NCBI GenBank assembly: GCA_965231155.1
Contig: OZ246418.1
Span: 573,710-637,709 of the forward strand
DNA from: an uncultured Candidatus Saccharibacteria bacterium
GTDB taxonomy: Bacteria; Patescibacteriota; Minisyncoccia; UBA6257; 2-01-FULL-56-20
DNA: 64,000 nucleotides
Direction of reading: 5' to 3'
Part shown: positions 9,368 to 18,957 of the stretch, in pieces
Position numbering within the stretch: position 1 is the first letter of the stretch
How the letters are laid out: every line of letters begins with the position of its first letter
Made by a program: the position numbers and the translations under genes
The notes under the pieces: model-generated
Seen by the model: the letters and a program-made list of their open reading frames with translations, nothing else
Database searches by the model: none
What the model was told of the DNA's origin: nothing

Positions 9368-9399
9368 GAAGCGTCACCGTAGATGACGCTTCTTTTTTT
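9368..9399 (+). terminator. Rho-independent terminator after the pilin gene
   Basis: Stem gaagcgtca / tgacgcttc followed by a T7 run. Confidence 0.6.
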
Positions 9400-9507
9400 A
9401 TTTAAAAATTCACCTGATTTGTTTTGGGTGTGATATAATAAACTGACAGGCGATTATTTTTTTCGTTCGGTTTTTAAAAACACTGCGTTCATACTTTTTC
9501 ATACGTT

Positions 9508-11223
9508 ATGGCTTTTTTTCTTCCTGCCCAGTTACAGCAATTTAAAGACAAGTTGGTGAGCGAAGGGGTAATTAGCGAGGAGATGCTCGTTAACCTTGAG
9601 GCTGAAGCCGAACGGAAGAGTGCGGATCTTTTGGATGTCTTAGTGGCTGAGAACGTAGTGACCAAGGATTATGTCAATGATTTCATTAGCACGATTCTTG
9701 GTGTGGCTCGTGCCGAGTTAAATCCTTCAAAGATTGACGAGGCGGTGGTGCATCTCCTCCCTGAAACGGTGGCTCGAGAGCGTCAGGTGGTGGCTTTTCA
9801 CAAAGAAGACAACGGCACTATTGATGTGGCGATGTTGAATCCTAGCGATTTAGAGTCGATTAATTTCTTAAGTCAAAACTTGGGCGCACCAATTAAAGCT
9901 TTCTTGGCCTCACCAACTGACCTGAATCTTGGATTTTCTACCTATGGTCGCCGATTTACTGAGGATTTCAAAAAAATTATTGATGAAAAAATCGAAGCTT
10001 CTTTGAGGAGTCGCAGTTTGTCCGTTGAAGATGCGGCCGCGCAGTTGCCGATTGTTGAAGTGGTAGACAATATTCTTTCGTATGCGCTTACCTTGCGAAC
10101 TTCGGATATTCATATGGAAATTATGGAGGATGCGACGTTTATCCGTTATCGCATTGATGGCATTTTGAATGAGATTATGTCTCTAAACAAAGCAGTGCAT
10201 CCTGCCTTGGTGGCTCGTCTCAAGCTTCTTTCAGGACTGAAGATTGATGAGCATAGTAAGCCTCAGGATGGTCGTTTCAGATATACACTCGGTAATCATC
10301 TTGTCGATGTTCGTGTTTCCATTATCCCAACGTATTACGGTGAAAAGGTAGAGATGCGCTTACTTGAGGGTGCGGAAAAGCCTCTTTCTTTGGAGGAGCT
10401 CGGTTTTTCTGAGGAGGCTCGTCGCATCGCGGTGGAGAACCTTTCAAAAGCCTACGGTATGGTTTTGATTACTGGGCCGACTGGTGCGGGAAAAACGACG
10501 ACCTTGTATTCTTTTTTGAATCTTTTGAATAAGCCAGAGGTGAATGTGACATCTGTCGAAGATCCGATCGAATACAACATTCCTCGAGTAAACCAGATAC
10601 AGATTAATCCCCAGGCAGGCATTACGTTTGCCAGTGGTTTGCGCGCCATTCTTCGTCAGGATCCGAATATTGTAATGGTTGGAGAGATTCGTGATGCCGA
10701 GACTGCCAGTATTGCGGTTCAGGCGGCGCTGACCGGTCATTTAATTATTTCTTCTTTGCATACTAATGATGCTCCGACAGCGATTCCTCGCTTGGTTGAT
10801 CTCAAGGCGCCACCTTTCTTGGTAGCTTCTGTCTTGAACTTGATTATTGCCCAGCGTTTGGTTCGTCGTATCTGTCCTATTTGCGTCTATTCAGAACCAA
10901 TTCCTGATGAAGTGAAGAAGGTAATTGCCGATCAACTGGAGGGGAATGATGTGAATGATCGAAGGATTCCTCGGGTGCTTTATCGAGGGAAGGGATGCGA
11001 TTCTTGCGGAAAGAGTGGCTATAAGGGTCGTCTTGGTATCTATGAAGTCTTGGAAATTAAAGGAAAGGTGAAGGAGGAGATTTCTAGTCCCACATTTAAC
11101 CTCGATAAACTTCGTACCCTGGCCCGCGAACAGGGGATGAAGACTATGTTTGAGGATGGTTTGGAAAAGGTCCAGCTGGCAGTTACCACTATTGAGGAGG
11201 TTCTGCGAGTTGTACGAGATTAA
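9508..11223 (+). CDS. pilB: Type IV pilus assembly ATPase PilB (GspE family)
   Basis: Walker A LITGPTGAGKTTTLYS, plus Asp and His boxes. The C-terminal tetracysteine is CPIC...CDSCGKSGYKGR. Confidence 0.9.
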   Translation: MAFFLPAQLQQFKDKLVSEGVISEEMLVNLEAEAERKSADLLDVLVAENVVTKDYVNDFISTILGVARAELNPSKIDEAVVHLLPETVARERQVVAFHKEDNGTIDVAMLNPSDLESINFLSQNLGAPIKAFLASPTDLNLGFSTYGRRFTEDFKKIIDEKIEASLRSRSLSVEDAAAQLPIVEVVDNILSYALTLRTSDIHMEIMEDATFIRYRIDGILNEIMSLNKAVHPALVARLKLLSGLKIDEHSKPQDGRFRYTLGNHLVDVRVSIIPTYYGEKVEMRLLEGAEKPLSLEELGFSEEARRIAVENLSKAYGMVLITGPTGAGKTTTLYSFLNLLNKPEVNVTSVEDPIEYNIPRVNQIQINPQAGITFASGLRAILRQDPNIVMVGEIRDAETASIAVQAALTGHLIISSLHTNDAPTAIPRLVDLKAPPFLVASVLNLIIAQRLVRRICPICVYSEPIPDEVKKVIADQLEGNDVNDRRIPRVLYRGKGCDSCGKSGYKGRLGIYEVLEIKGKVKEEISSPTFNLDKLRTLAREQGMKTMFEDGLEKVQLAVTTIEEVLRVVRD

Positions 11224-11231
11224 TTTTTTTT

Positions 11232-12443
11232 ATGCTTTATCACTATCTCGCAGTTGACGAAAAAGAAAAGGTGATCGAGGGAGAAGTGGACGCTGAGCGT
11301 TTAGAGGGCCTTTTGCAACATCTTGCCGGTCAGAAATTACGCCCACTATCAGTGAAGGCAATTGGTGATGACGGTGCGGCGATTCGCCGTTTGTTCGGAG
11401 GCATCACTTTGAATGACAAGATCTTTTTGACCAAATATCTGGCGTTGATGCTGCGAGTCGGTACAGATCTTCTTTCGGCAATCAATATTTTGATTACCGA
11501 CTTTGATAAGCCGGCGATGAGAAACTTCCTTCTTGAGGTAAGAGATAACTTGATGAAGGGTCGTCCGTTTTATGAAGTATTTGCTCGCCATCCCAAGATT
11601 TTTTCTTCGGTGATGGTGAATCTTATTAAGGCCGCTGAGTCGGCTGGTAATCTTCAGCAGACCTTTGAGAACCTCACGGTTTCACTGGCAGCCGAGGCGG
11701 ATATGAGAGGCAAGGTGCGGGCAGCACTTATTTATCCAGTGTTGCTACTTACTTTCTCTGTCGCAATCTTTCTAGGCGTTGTGGTATTCGCCCTACCTAA
11801 AATCTCTCAGGTTTTTGCTGATAGTGGAATCAAACCGCCATGGTTTTCTTCGTTGGTTTTTGGTTTTGGTGATTTCATAAATGCCAACCTAGTAACCCTC
11901 ACTAGTTTAATTACCTTACTCTTGGTTGGTAGTTTCTATTTCTTCACACGCAACGATTTTGGAAGAAAGTTGGGCGATCAGATGATTCGCCACGTACCAT
12001 TTATTAAGAAAGTTTATCAAGATTTGGCTGTCGAGCGATTTGCTTCTACGCTTTCTTCGCTCACTCGAGCCGGAGTGCCAATTATTGAAGCAATTCGGAT
12101 TACTGCAGATACTGTTGGTTCCGAAGAGCTACGAGAGAGCTTACTACGAGTTGCAGATGAAGGGCTTTCCAAAGGATTAACTATCGGTGAGTCGTTCAGG
12201 AAAGAGACTGTTTTGCCACGAGTGGTGACAAATTTAATTGCTATTTCAGATAAAGCAGGACATCTCGAGGAGATGTTAAACACGCTGGGTGAGTTTTATC
12301 GAGCAAATGCGGAAGCTTCTATCAAGGTTCTTGTCTCTATCATCGAGCCGGTCCTTCTGTTGTTCATGGGTTTTATAGTAGGCACCGTGGCACTCTCTAT
12401 TATCGTTCCCGTGTATCAGCTCTCAACTCAAGTCGGTGGATAA
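11232..12443 (+). CDS. pilC: Type IV pilus inner-membrane platform protein PilC (GspF family)
   Basis: 403 aa with two GspF-like repeats and three TM segments. It sits immediately downstream of pilB. Confidence 0.85.
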   Translation: MLYHYLAVDEKEKVIEGEVDAERLEGLLQHLAGQKLRPLSVKAIGDDGAAIRRLFGGITLNDKIFLTKYLALMLRVGTDLLSAINILITDFDKPAMRNFLLEVRDNLMKGRPFYEVFARHPKIFSSVMVNLIKAAESAGNLQQTFENLTVSLAAEADMRGKVRAALIYPVLLLTFSVAIFLGVVVFALPKISQVFADSGIKPPWFSSLVFGFGDFINANLVTLTSLITLLLVGSFYFFTRNDFGRKLGDQMIRHVPFIKKVYQDLAVERFASTLSSLTRAGVPIIEAIRITADTVGSEELRESLLRVADEGLSKGLTIGESFRKETVLPRVVTNLIAISDKAGHLEEMLNTLGEFYRANAEASIKVLVSIIEPVLLLFMGFIVGTVALSIIVPVYQLSTQVGG

Positions 12444-12918
12444 TATGAAAAACTACCAACGCTCAGGCTTTACGTTCTTGGAAGTGATTATGGTGGTGGC
12501 GCTCACTGCTGGGATTGGATTGTGGTCGTATGTGAACTACTCCCAACAACGTCCAGTGAGAGATTTAGATAGCGCCAGACTAGAGATTGGAAGTCTTCTG
12601 AGAGATGCTTCCTCGCGTTCGGCTAGTCAGTCTCAGGGAGCGGCTTGGGGAGTACGCTTGGAAGCGACTTCTCCCACCAGCTCTTTCTTTACGCTCTTTT
12701 ATGGTAGTTATTCGCCAGCCACACGATCTCAGGTGGCTCCTTTGCCTTTTACTTTGCGATTTGATACTTCAACTTTTACGGGAAGTAGCAAGGAGATTAT
12801 TTTTGAGCAGAGAACTGGTCGAGCGAATGCTTCGACGTCTATTCGTATTTATGTTGCGGGTCGATCATCCCAGTCATCGACGATTAACATTGCTTCGAGT
12901 GGTCTTATTGTGTTTTAG
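12436..12918 (+). CDS. Minor pilin / pseudopilin (prepilin-type N-terminus)
   Basis: QRSG|FTFLEVIMVVALTAG has E at +5. Confidence 0.7.
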   Translation: MDNMKNYQRSGFTFLEVIMVVALTAGIGLWSYVNYSQQRPVRDLDSARLEIGSLLRDASSRSASQSQGAAWGVRLEATSPTSSFFTLFYGSYSPATRSQVAPLPFTLRFDTSTFTGSSKEIIFEQRTGRANASTSIRIYVAGRSSQSSTINIASSGLIVF

Positions 12919-12955
12919 CGATTCCCTTTAGGATGGTATACTACGAAGACAACTT

Positions 12956-13588
12956 ATGAAGAATTATTTAGAGAATAGATGGGGGCAATCATTAGCTGAG
13001 GTTTTAATTGCAACCAGCGTAACTGCCATACTTATTGTGGCGGCGATCTCTCTTATCTCACCAGTTTTGCGAAATGGCCGACGTGTGAATGTGCTTCGGG
13101 TGAACAGTGCCTTAAATCGTGAACTTTTGGACAAGACAAAAAGCTTGGCAGAAGGGGATTGGCATACTATTTCTAATCTCAGTACTAGCTCAGCCAGTCG
13201 TTATCATCTGAGCACAACCACTTCTCCTTTTTCTATTTTGCCGGGTACAGAGTTGATTTCTGTTGGGAGCACGACCTACACGCGCTATTTTTATGTTGAT
13301 GAAGTTTGGAGAGATCCAACTACGGGGCTCATTACTACTTCAACTGGCAACCCTGTTGTGGATCCTTCGACACTTCGTGTCACAGTAGTCATCTCGCCTG
13401 GGCAGGGGCCATCAAGCAGTATTTCTCAAATTGTTACTCGTTCTCAAAACACGGTTTCTTCTCAGAGTGATTGGTCTGGTGGGGCGGGATTTTCTGGACC
13501 GACTTCCGGTACGGTTAATCAGTTTTCCGCGGGTTCCAATATTAATACCACTACTACCCCTGGCTCAATTATCCTTAATAATTTATAG
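12956..13588 (+). CDS. Minor pilin / pseudopilin
   Basis: RWG|QSLAEVLIATSVTAILIV has E at +5. Confidence 0.6.
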   Translation: MKNYLENRWGQSLAEVLIATSVTAILIVAAISLISPVLRNGRRVNVLRVNSALNRELLDKTKSLAEGDWHTISNLSTSSASRYHLSTTTSPFSILPGTELISVGSTTYTRYFYVDEVWRDPTTGLITTSTGNPVVDPSTLRVTVVISPGQGPSSSISQIVTRSQNTVSSQSDWSGGAGFSGPTSGTVNQFSAGSNINTTTTPGSIILNNL

Positions 13589-13602
13589 TTATTGTATACA
13601 TC

Positions 13603-14514
13603 GTGGCACAGCTTTTTTCTAAAAAATATTTTGTTCAAGTTATTGCAATTGCAGCACTCGTTGTAGTGGTGGCGCTTTTCTTTATTCTTGGTGGAAAGTG
13701 GGGGAGGACTATCCAGGGTGTTGGCACGAACATTGATTCCGGAGCGACAAATCATTGGGCTTGGAACGATACTATTGGGTGGATTGATTTATATACTCCA
13801 GCGACGGTAGTCGTCAGTAATAGCGGTGTTTCTGGATACGCCAGCTCTTCGATTGGTGCCATATCTTTTGATTGCGCGACTACTCCGAATGGCAATGTAT
13901 GTGGTTCGAGTAACTACTCAGTTGCCAATGATGGCACTGGAAGGTTGTCGGGATATGCCTGGAATGACGTCATCGGTTGGATAAGTTTTTGCAATAACCA
14001 GGTGGGGCAGGCCGCTTGTTCTGGTGGTGGACAAAGTTACCAAGTGGTCATCAATGGCTCGACTGGTGCCTGGAGTGGCTATGCCTGGAATGACCTTGTC
14101 GGTTGGATTAGTTTCAATTGTATTAACACTGCCACCTGTGGAACCGTTGACTATAAAGTTCTTACAACCTGGACCTCAACGTCTAGCGTCGGTTGGTTGG
14201 AATCGGCGACTTATGATACAGGCGTAGCTCAGGGAGCTCAGATCAATTCTATCTTGTGGCATGGGAGTCAGCCGGTTGGTACGGCGGTCAAATTTCAGAT
14301 GGCCTTTAGTAGTAGTTCTCTCGGTCCATGGAACTTTAGTTGGGACAGTCTTTCCTCAACATCTCCGTCGGTCGCCCCGAATACTTCGTTGCCTATAGAC
14401 TATACTCTTGGCGAGAATCAGAGATACTTCCGATATAAGGTTTTCCTCTACTCTGACCCAGCGCATACTACCAGTTCTCGTATCGACGATGTGCTCATCA
14501 ACTGGAGTCGCTAG
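13603..14514 (+). CDS. Pilus-locus secreted protein with four W-N-D-x-[IV]-G-W-I repeats
   Basis: N-terminal signal anchor (VIAIAALVVVVALFFIL). The repeats are NHWAWNDTIGWIDL, SGYAWNDVIGWISFCNN, SGYAWNDLVGWISFNC and VGWLES. There are several Cys residues. Confidence 0.5.
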   Translation: MAQLFSKKYFVQVIAIAALVVVVALFFILGGKWGRTIQGVGTNIDSGATNHWAWNDTIGWIDLYTPATVVVSNSGVSGYASSSIGAISFDCATTPNGNVCGSSNYSVANDGTGRLSGYAWNDVIGWISFCNNQVGQAACSGGGQSYQVVINGSTGAWSGYAWNDLVGWISFNCINTATCGTVDYKVLTTWTSTSSVGWLESATYDTGVAQGAQINSILWHGSQPVGTAVKFQMAFSSSSLGPWNFSWDSLSSTSPSVAPNTSLPIDYTLGENQRYFRYKVFLYSDPAHTTSSRIDDVLINWSR

Positions 14515-14560
14515 TTTTTCTGAGTAGTAGCTGTGAGTATCGCGTAACGGTGCGCGAAAA

Positions 14561-15007
14561 ATGAATAGGAGATATAATAAGGAAGCAATGTATAGGGTTT
14601 TTCATCGCTCTTTTTTTTATCGTAGAGGACAAGTCGCTCTGACTACAGTTTTTTTAATAGGCAGTTTTATTATTATTATTGCGTTAACCTTGGCCTTCCT
14701 ATCAATCAGTGCTATCTCGTCAAATTATGCGGTACGCTCAGCCGATCGTGCTTTTTCGGTAGCGTCTGCAGGCATACAAGACGCAACTCTGAAACTTATC
14801 CGTAATAATGACTATAATGAAAGCTACGTCTTGGATTTAGGTGGAGATTTAGTGAATGTGCAAGTGACCAATACACGGAATATAGATAATCAGGCCGTAG
14901 TTACTGCAAGCTCAACTGTTGGAAGTGGACGGAGAGCTATTCAGGCCGTTCTTTCTATAGTTTCTTCAACTGGACAGGTTAATGTAATCTCTTGGCGTCA
15001 GATATAA
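14561..15007 (+). CDS. Pilin-like protein (atypical prepilin N-terminus, no Glu at +5)
   Basis: RRG|QVALTTVFLIGSFIIIIAL is a hydrophobic helix following a Gly. Its position inside the pilus locus supports the call. Confidence 0.4.
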   Translation: MNRRYNKEAMYRVFHRSFFYRRGQVALTTVFLIGSFIIIIALTLAFLSISAISSNYAVRSADRAFSVASAGIQDATLKLIRNNDYNESYVLDLGGDLVNVQVTNTRNIDNQAVVTASSTVGSGRRAIQAVLSIVSSTGQVNVISWRQI

Positions 15008-16525
15008 ATGACTAACTTTATTTCTCAGCTGGCTCTCAAATTGCTTGAAAAAATACGGGTAAGAACACCAGTAGGAGGATTAGAAATCTCTGATTCAGCA
15101 CTGCGTTTCTCCTTACCAGGGATTCGTGGTTGGGATGTCTACAATCAGCGTTTGCCTTTGGGAGTTATTGAGGACGGCATTATTAAAGATCAGGCAAAAT
15201 TCCAAGAAGCAGTCCTTGCGTTAAAGCAATCTCTTGCCAGTCGATATGGTCAAAGAAAAATTCCAGTAGTGGTGAGTCTCGCTTCAAGTCAGATATACAC
15301 CCAAGCATTCCTTTTGCCACTAGTTCGTGAGGGGGAAGTAGAGAAAGCGATTGATTTGAACTTAAAGATGATCTCCCCGATTAATTTTAGTGAGGTGTAT
15401 TCTGGGTGGCAGTATCTCAAGAAAGATGATGTGGCTGGACGATCAGAGATTCTTGGAGCCTTTTTACGTCAGTCTATCGTCCAGGATATCGATAAGGCTC
15501 TTGAAATGGCTAACTTTCGTCCATTAGCGCTGGAGTCGCGAGCTCTTTCTTTAGCACGCCTTGTTCGTACTACTCAGACTAAACTGAATGCCGATAGGCC
15601 AGTTGTTGTACTTTCGGTTGACGATGAAGGTATTCATTTACTTGTCATCAAGAAGGGTAATCTTTATTTCGAGTACACGGAGTTATGGAAAAATCTCTAT
15701 GAGCCAGGGAAGTCGATCACGATGGAGGAGTTTCGAAGTGCAATTAAGAGAAGTGTTCAACAGCTTGTTAATTTTTATGGCCAACGCTGGCCGGAACCAC
15801 TTGGTGAATTTTTGATTATTGCACCGAGTTTGGTGTCGGAAGTTATCCGCCTTCTCAAAGAAGATTTTTCTTTTGAGGCAACTGAACTTTCTTTTTCGGA
15901 TTCACAGGGAGTTAAGGGGGAGTGGTTCGCGTCTATTGGTGCCGCAGAGAGAGGTTCCTCAATTGGCGCATACGATCAGGAACTGAGTTTACTTGGTCGT
16001 ACTGCACAGCAGAAATTTGGAAGAGAGCGTTTCGTTGATTTTCTTTCTTTTTGGAGCGTCATTGTCCCGGTTGCCTTGGTATTCATTCTATTTTTCGCAT
16101 TTTCTGCAGATTTCTTTATTATTCGTGAAACACGTCGCCTAGAAGAAACAGTTGCGCGTCGACTTTCTCCTTCAGATCGTGCTCGTATCGCCGAACTAGA
16201 AGATCAGGCTACTCGGTTCAATAATCAGGTGGCGTTAGTACAGTCTATTCGTTCTGTAGAGCAGTTTAAATCTTCTCTCATTACTGACATCCTGAACCGA
16301 GCCAGCTCTAGTCAGATTTCAGTTTCGAACCTTCGTCTCGAAGGGAGTGGTTCGCTGAGTCTCGCGGGGGCAGCTGCTTCTGAGGATAGAATTATTGCGT
16401 TCAAGAATAACTTAAAAGAAGGTAATTTCCAGAATATCAATTTGCCACTAGCGGGGATCAGAAAAGATGGCCAGGGTTATGTTTTTTCGATCAGTTTTTC
16501 CTGGACGCCTTCGAAGACACCATAA
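15008..16525 (+). CDS. Fused PilM-like (actin-fold) and PilN/PilO-like pilus assembly protein
   Basis: An N-terminal ~330-aa cytoplasmic domain is followed by a TM helix (FWSVIVPVALVFILFFAF), a coiled coil and a periplasmic beta domain. This is the last gene of the pilus locus. Confidence 0.55.
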   Translation: MTNFISQLALKLLEKIRVRTPVGGLEISDSALRFSLPGIRGWDVYNQRLPLGVIEDGIIKDQAKFQEAVLALKQSLASRYGQRKIPVVVSLASSQIYTQAFLLPLVREGEVEKAIDLNLKMISPINFSEVYSGWQYLKKDDVAGRSEILGAFLRQSIVQDIDKALEMANFRPLALESRALSLARLVRTTQTKLNADRPVVVLSVDDEGIHLLVIKKGNLYFEYTELWKNLYEPGKSITMEEFRSAIKRSVQQLVNFYGQRWPEPLGEFLIIAPSLVSEVIRLLKEDFSFEATELSFSDSQGVKGEWFASIGAAERGSSIGAYDQELSLLGRTAQQKFGRERFVDFLSFWSVIVPVALVFILFFAFSADFFIIRETRRLEETVARRLSPSDRARIAELEDQATRFNNQVALVQSIRSVEQFKSSLITDILNRASSSQISVSNLRLEGSGSLSLAGAAASEDRIIAFKNNLKEGNFQNINLPLAGIRKDGQGYVFSISFSWTPSKTP

Positions 16526-17004
16526 AGAATTTTCTTATTTTGATTACTGAGCGGTCGGAGAACAATCTCCTCAGCTTTTTTGTTTGGAAGGCCGATGCCT
16601 AGTCGGATTCGACTAAAATCTTTCGTTTTAAGATGCTGGATAATGGAATCGATCCCATGGTGTCCAGCGCTACCTCGGTTAGTCGATATTTTGAATTCTC
16701 CCAGCGGGATATCCATCTCATCGTGAACAACAAGGAGGGATTCTGGGGTGGCATGAAAGTGCTTGAGTGCGGACAGAACAGCACGACCGGAATCATTCAT
16801 AAACGTTTTTGGTTGCACGAGCCATACTTTTTTATCTGTATCACCAAGAGTAACCTCTCGACCGGAGAAGAGAGGATGGATGGCACTGAAGCGGTGTGTT
16901 TTTGCGAGAAAGAAAAGGAATTGCTGGCCGACGTTATGATACGTTTCCGCATATTCTTTCCCGGGATTTCCTAAACCAATAATAATCTTTATCTTGTCAA
17001 TCAT
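16477..17004 (-). CDS. pth: Peptidyl-tRNA hydrolase
   Basis: MIDKIKIIIGLGNPGKEYAETYHNVG with His in the catalytic motif; 175 aa. Confidence 0.9.
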   Translation of the reverse strand: MIDKIKIIIGLGNPGKEYAETYHNVGQQFLFFLAKTHRFSAIHPLFSGREVTLGDTDKKVWLVQPKTFMNDSGRAVLSALKHFHATPESLLVVHDEMDIPLGEFKISTNRGSAGHHGIDSIIQHLKTKDFSRIRLGIGLPNKKAEEIVLRPLSNQNKKILYGVFEGVQEKLIEKT

Positions 17005-17602
17005 TGCTCCTCATTATATAATAGATGAACCTTACTTGAAAAACTCTATGATCCGTAAATTTCTTGTGTCTCTGTTGGAGATTGTTGAGGTGGCAGTTAT
17101 TGCCCTCGTGGCAGTGTTCCTTATACGAAGCTATTTGGTACAACCTTTCTTAGTAAGCGGGAATAGCATGGTGCCAACATTCATGAATGGCGACTACCTT
17201 TTGATCGATGAGCTTTCCTATGCCTTCCGTAATCCCTACCGAGGGGAAGTGGCAGTCTTCCGTTATCCTCAGAACGAAACAACCTTTTTTATTAAGAGGA
17301 TCATCGGTTTGCCAGGGGAACGAGTGAAAATTGAGAATAATACGATCACTGTCTATAATGCCGAGTATCCTAATGGCAAGCTTATCAACGAGCCATACCT
17401 ACCGAAAGATCTTATCACTTCTGGCACTATCGATACCCAACTAAAGAGTGATGAGTACTTTGTACTAGGAGACAATCGGCTTTTCAGTTATGATTCGCGA
17501 AGTTGGGGTGTACTGCCGAAGAAGGATATCGTGGGGCTGACTCGACTGAGGTTGTGGCCACCCCGATCCATCCAGGCTTTTTCTGCTCCGGCGTATCAAT
17601 AA
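16994..17602 (+). CDS. lepB: Signal peptidase I
   Basis: Ser box GNSMVPTF, Lys box KRIIGLPGE and GDNRLFSYDSRSWG. The start may be the internal Met at 17048. Confidence 0.85.
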   Translation: MSIIAPHYIIDEPYLKNSMIRKFLVSLLEIVEVAVIALVAVFLIRSYLVQPFLVSGNSMVPTFMNGDYLLIDELSYAFRNPYRGEVAVFRYPQNETTFFIKRIIGLPGERVKIENNTITVYNAEYPNGKLINEPYLPKDLITSGTIDTQLKSDEYFVLGDNRLFSYDSRSWGVLPKKDIVGLTRLRLWPPRSIQAFSAPAYQ

Positions 17603-17615
17603 ATAAGATTTAATT

Positions 17616-18956
17616 ATGCCAAAAAAACAACAAAAGAAAGTGGAAGCGAAGAAGGCGCCCGCAAAGAAATCAGAAGTTCGCTTAATTCAAGCTGCTAAGG
17701 GTATGCACGATGTGCTTCCTGAGGAGCAGATTTGGCGCGACCGCATCCGACAGGTGGGTGCCGATCTTTCTTCGTTTTACGGTTTTGGACGATTAGAAAC
17801 ACCTGTACTTGAACAAGTTGATCTTTTTATTCGTGGGGTAGGCGAGGAGACTGATCTGGTGGGTAAGGAGATGTATACCCTGAAAACTAAGGGAGGGGAT
17901 ATGCTCGCCCTTCGTCCAGAAGGGACAGCACCTGCTATTCGGGCATATCTTGAACATGGACTGGGTAGTAAGGGACAACCCCAGAAGCTTTTTTACGAAG
18001 GTCCAATTTTTCGTCATGAAAATCCTCAGGCCGGTCGGTATCGACAACATACTCAGACTGGGTTTGAGATTTTAGGAGGATTGAGTGACCCGTTGTATGA
18101 CGGTGAAGTCATTGCTATCGCCAGCCATCTCATTTCTGATTTGAAAATCAAGGACTGGGTACTGAAGATAAATTCGATGGGCTGTCGGACGTGTCGTCCA
18201 TTGTATCGTGCGCAGCTTCAGGCGTATTACAAGAAGCACGAGAAGGATCTTTGTAAGGACTGTGAGCGCCGTTTGGGGACCAATCCGCTTCGTCTTCTTG
18301 ATTGTAAGAACGAGAAGTGCCAGCCATTAAAAGCCCAGGCGCCTAATATTCTCGATAAGCTTTGCGCACCATGTAGCCGTCATTTCCGTGGAGTCTTTGA
18401 GTATCTTGAAGAGCTTTCTATTCCTTATCTCCTCGATCACACTTTGGTTCGGGGAATGGACTATTATAACCGTACTGTTTTTGAATTTTTCGTTGAAGGC
18501 AGTGATGTAGGAGCGGTTTTGTCTGGCGGCCGATATGATTATCTGGCTGAAATGATTGGTGGAAGAGCCACTCCAGCAGTTGGTTTTGGTGCTGGTTGGG
18601 AGCGGTTAGTTCTGGCAATGAAAGCTCAGGAAGTGAAGGCAGCCGAACGACCATCGAAGAAGATATTTGTGGTACACGTTGGAGAGCTGGCAAAGAAGAA
18701 AGCATTTAAGTTGATTGATGGTCTTCGCAATACAAACCTCCAGATCGTTGAATCTCTTGGGAAGGAGTCTTTAAAGGCACAGCTAAAGAGTGCTGACCGA
18801 GAGAAGGCGGTATTCGCGCTCATTCTTGGACAGAAAGAGATTTATGAAGAGAGTGTTATTATTCGAGACTTACGGAGCGGATCTCAAGAGACTGTTCTTG
18901 TAGAGAAGATTGAAGAGGAGATTAAGCGTCGGTGGAAGATGTATACCACTGAGTAG
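17616..18956 (+). CDS. hisS: Histidyl-tRNA synthetase with a Lys-rich N-terminal extension and a Cys-rich insertion domain
   Basis: IQAAKGMHDVLP aligns with the HisRS N-terminus. Motif 2 FRHENPQAGRYRQ, the TNPLRLLDCKN insertion and motif 3 GGRYDYL are present. The first ~20 aa are MPKKQQKKVEAKKAPAKKSE. Confidence 0.9.
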   Translation: MPKKQQKKVEAKKAPAKKSEVRLIQAAKGMHDVLPEEQIWRDRIRQVGADLSSFYGFGRLETPVLEQVDLFIRGVGEETDLVGKEMYTLKTKGGDMLALRPEGTAPAIRAYLEHGLGSKGQPQKLFYEGPIFRHENPQAGRYRQHTQTGFEILGGLSDPLYDGEVIAIASHLISDLKIKDWVLKINSMGCRTCRPLYRAQLQAYYKKHEKDLCKDCERRLGTNPLRLLDCKNEKCQPLKAQAPNILDKLCAPCSRHFRGVFEYLEELSIPYLLDHTLVRGMDYYNRTVFEFFVEGSDVGAVLSGGRYDYLAEMIGGRATPAVGFGAGWERLVLAMKAQEVKAAERPSKKIFVVHVGELAKKKAFKLIDGLRNTNLQIVESLGKESLKAQLKSADREKAVFALILGQKEIYEESVIIRDLRSGSQETVLVEKIEEEIKRRWKMYTTE

Positions 18957-18957
18957 C

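Noticed and set aside
12605-12931. 108-aa ORF in an alternate frame over the minor pilin gene
   Set aside because: The Arg/Leu-rich translation is typical of an out-of-frame read of a GC-skewed gene. The pilin frame carries a canonical prepilin signal.
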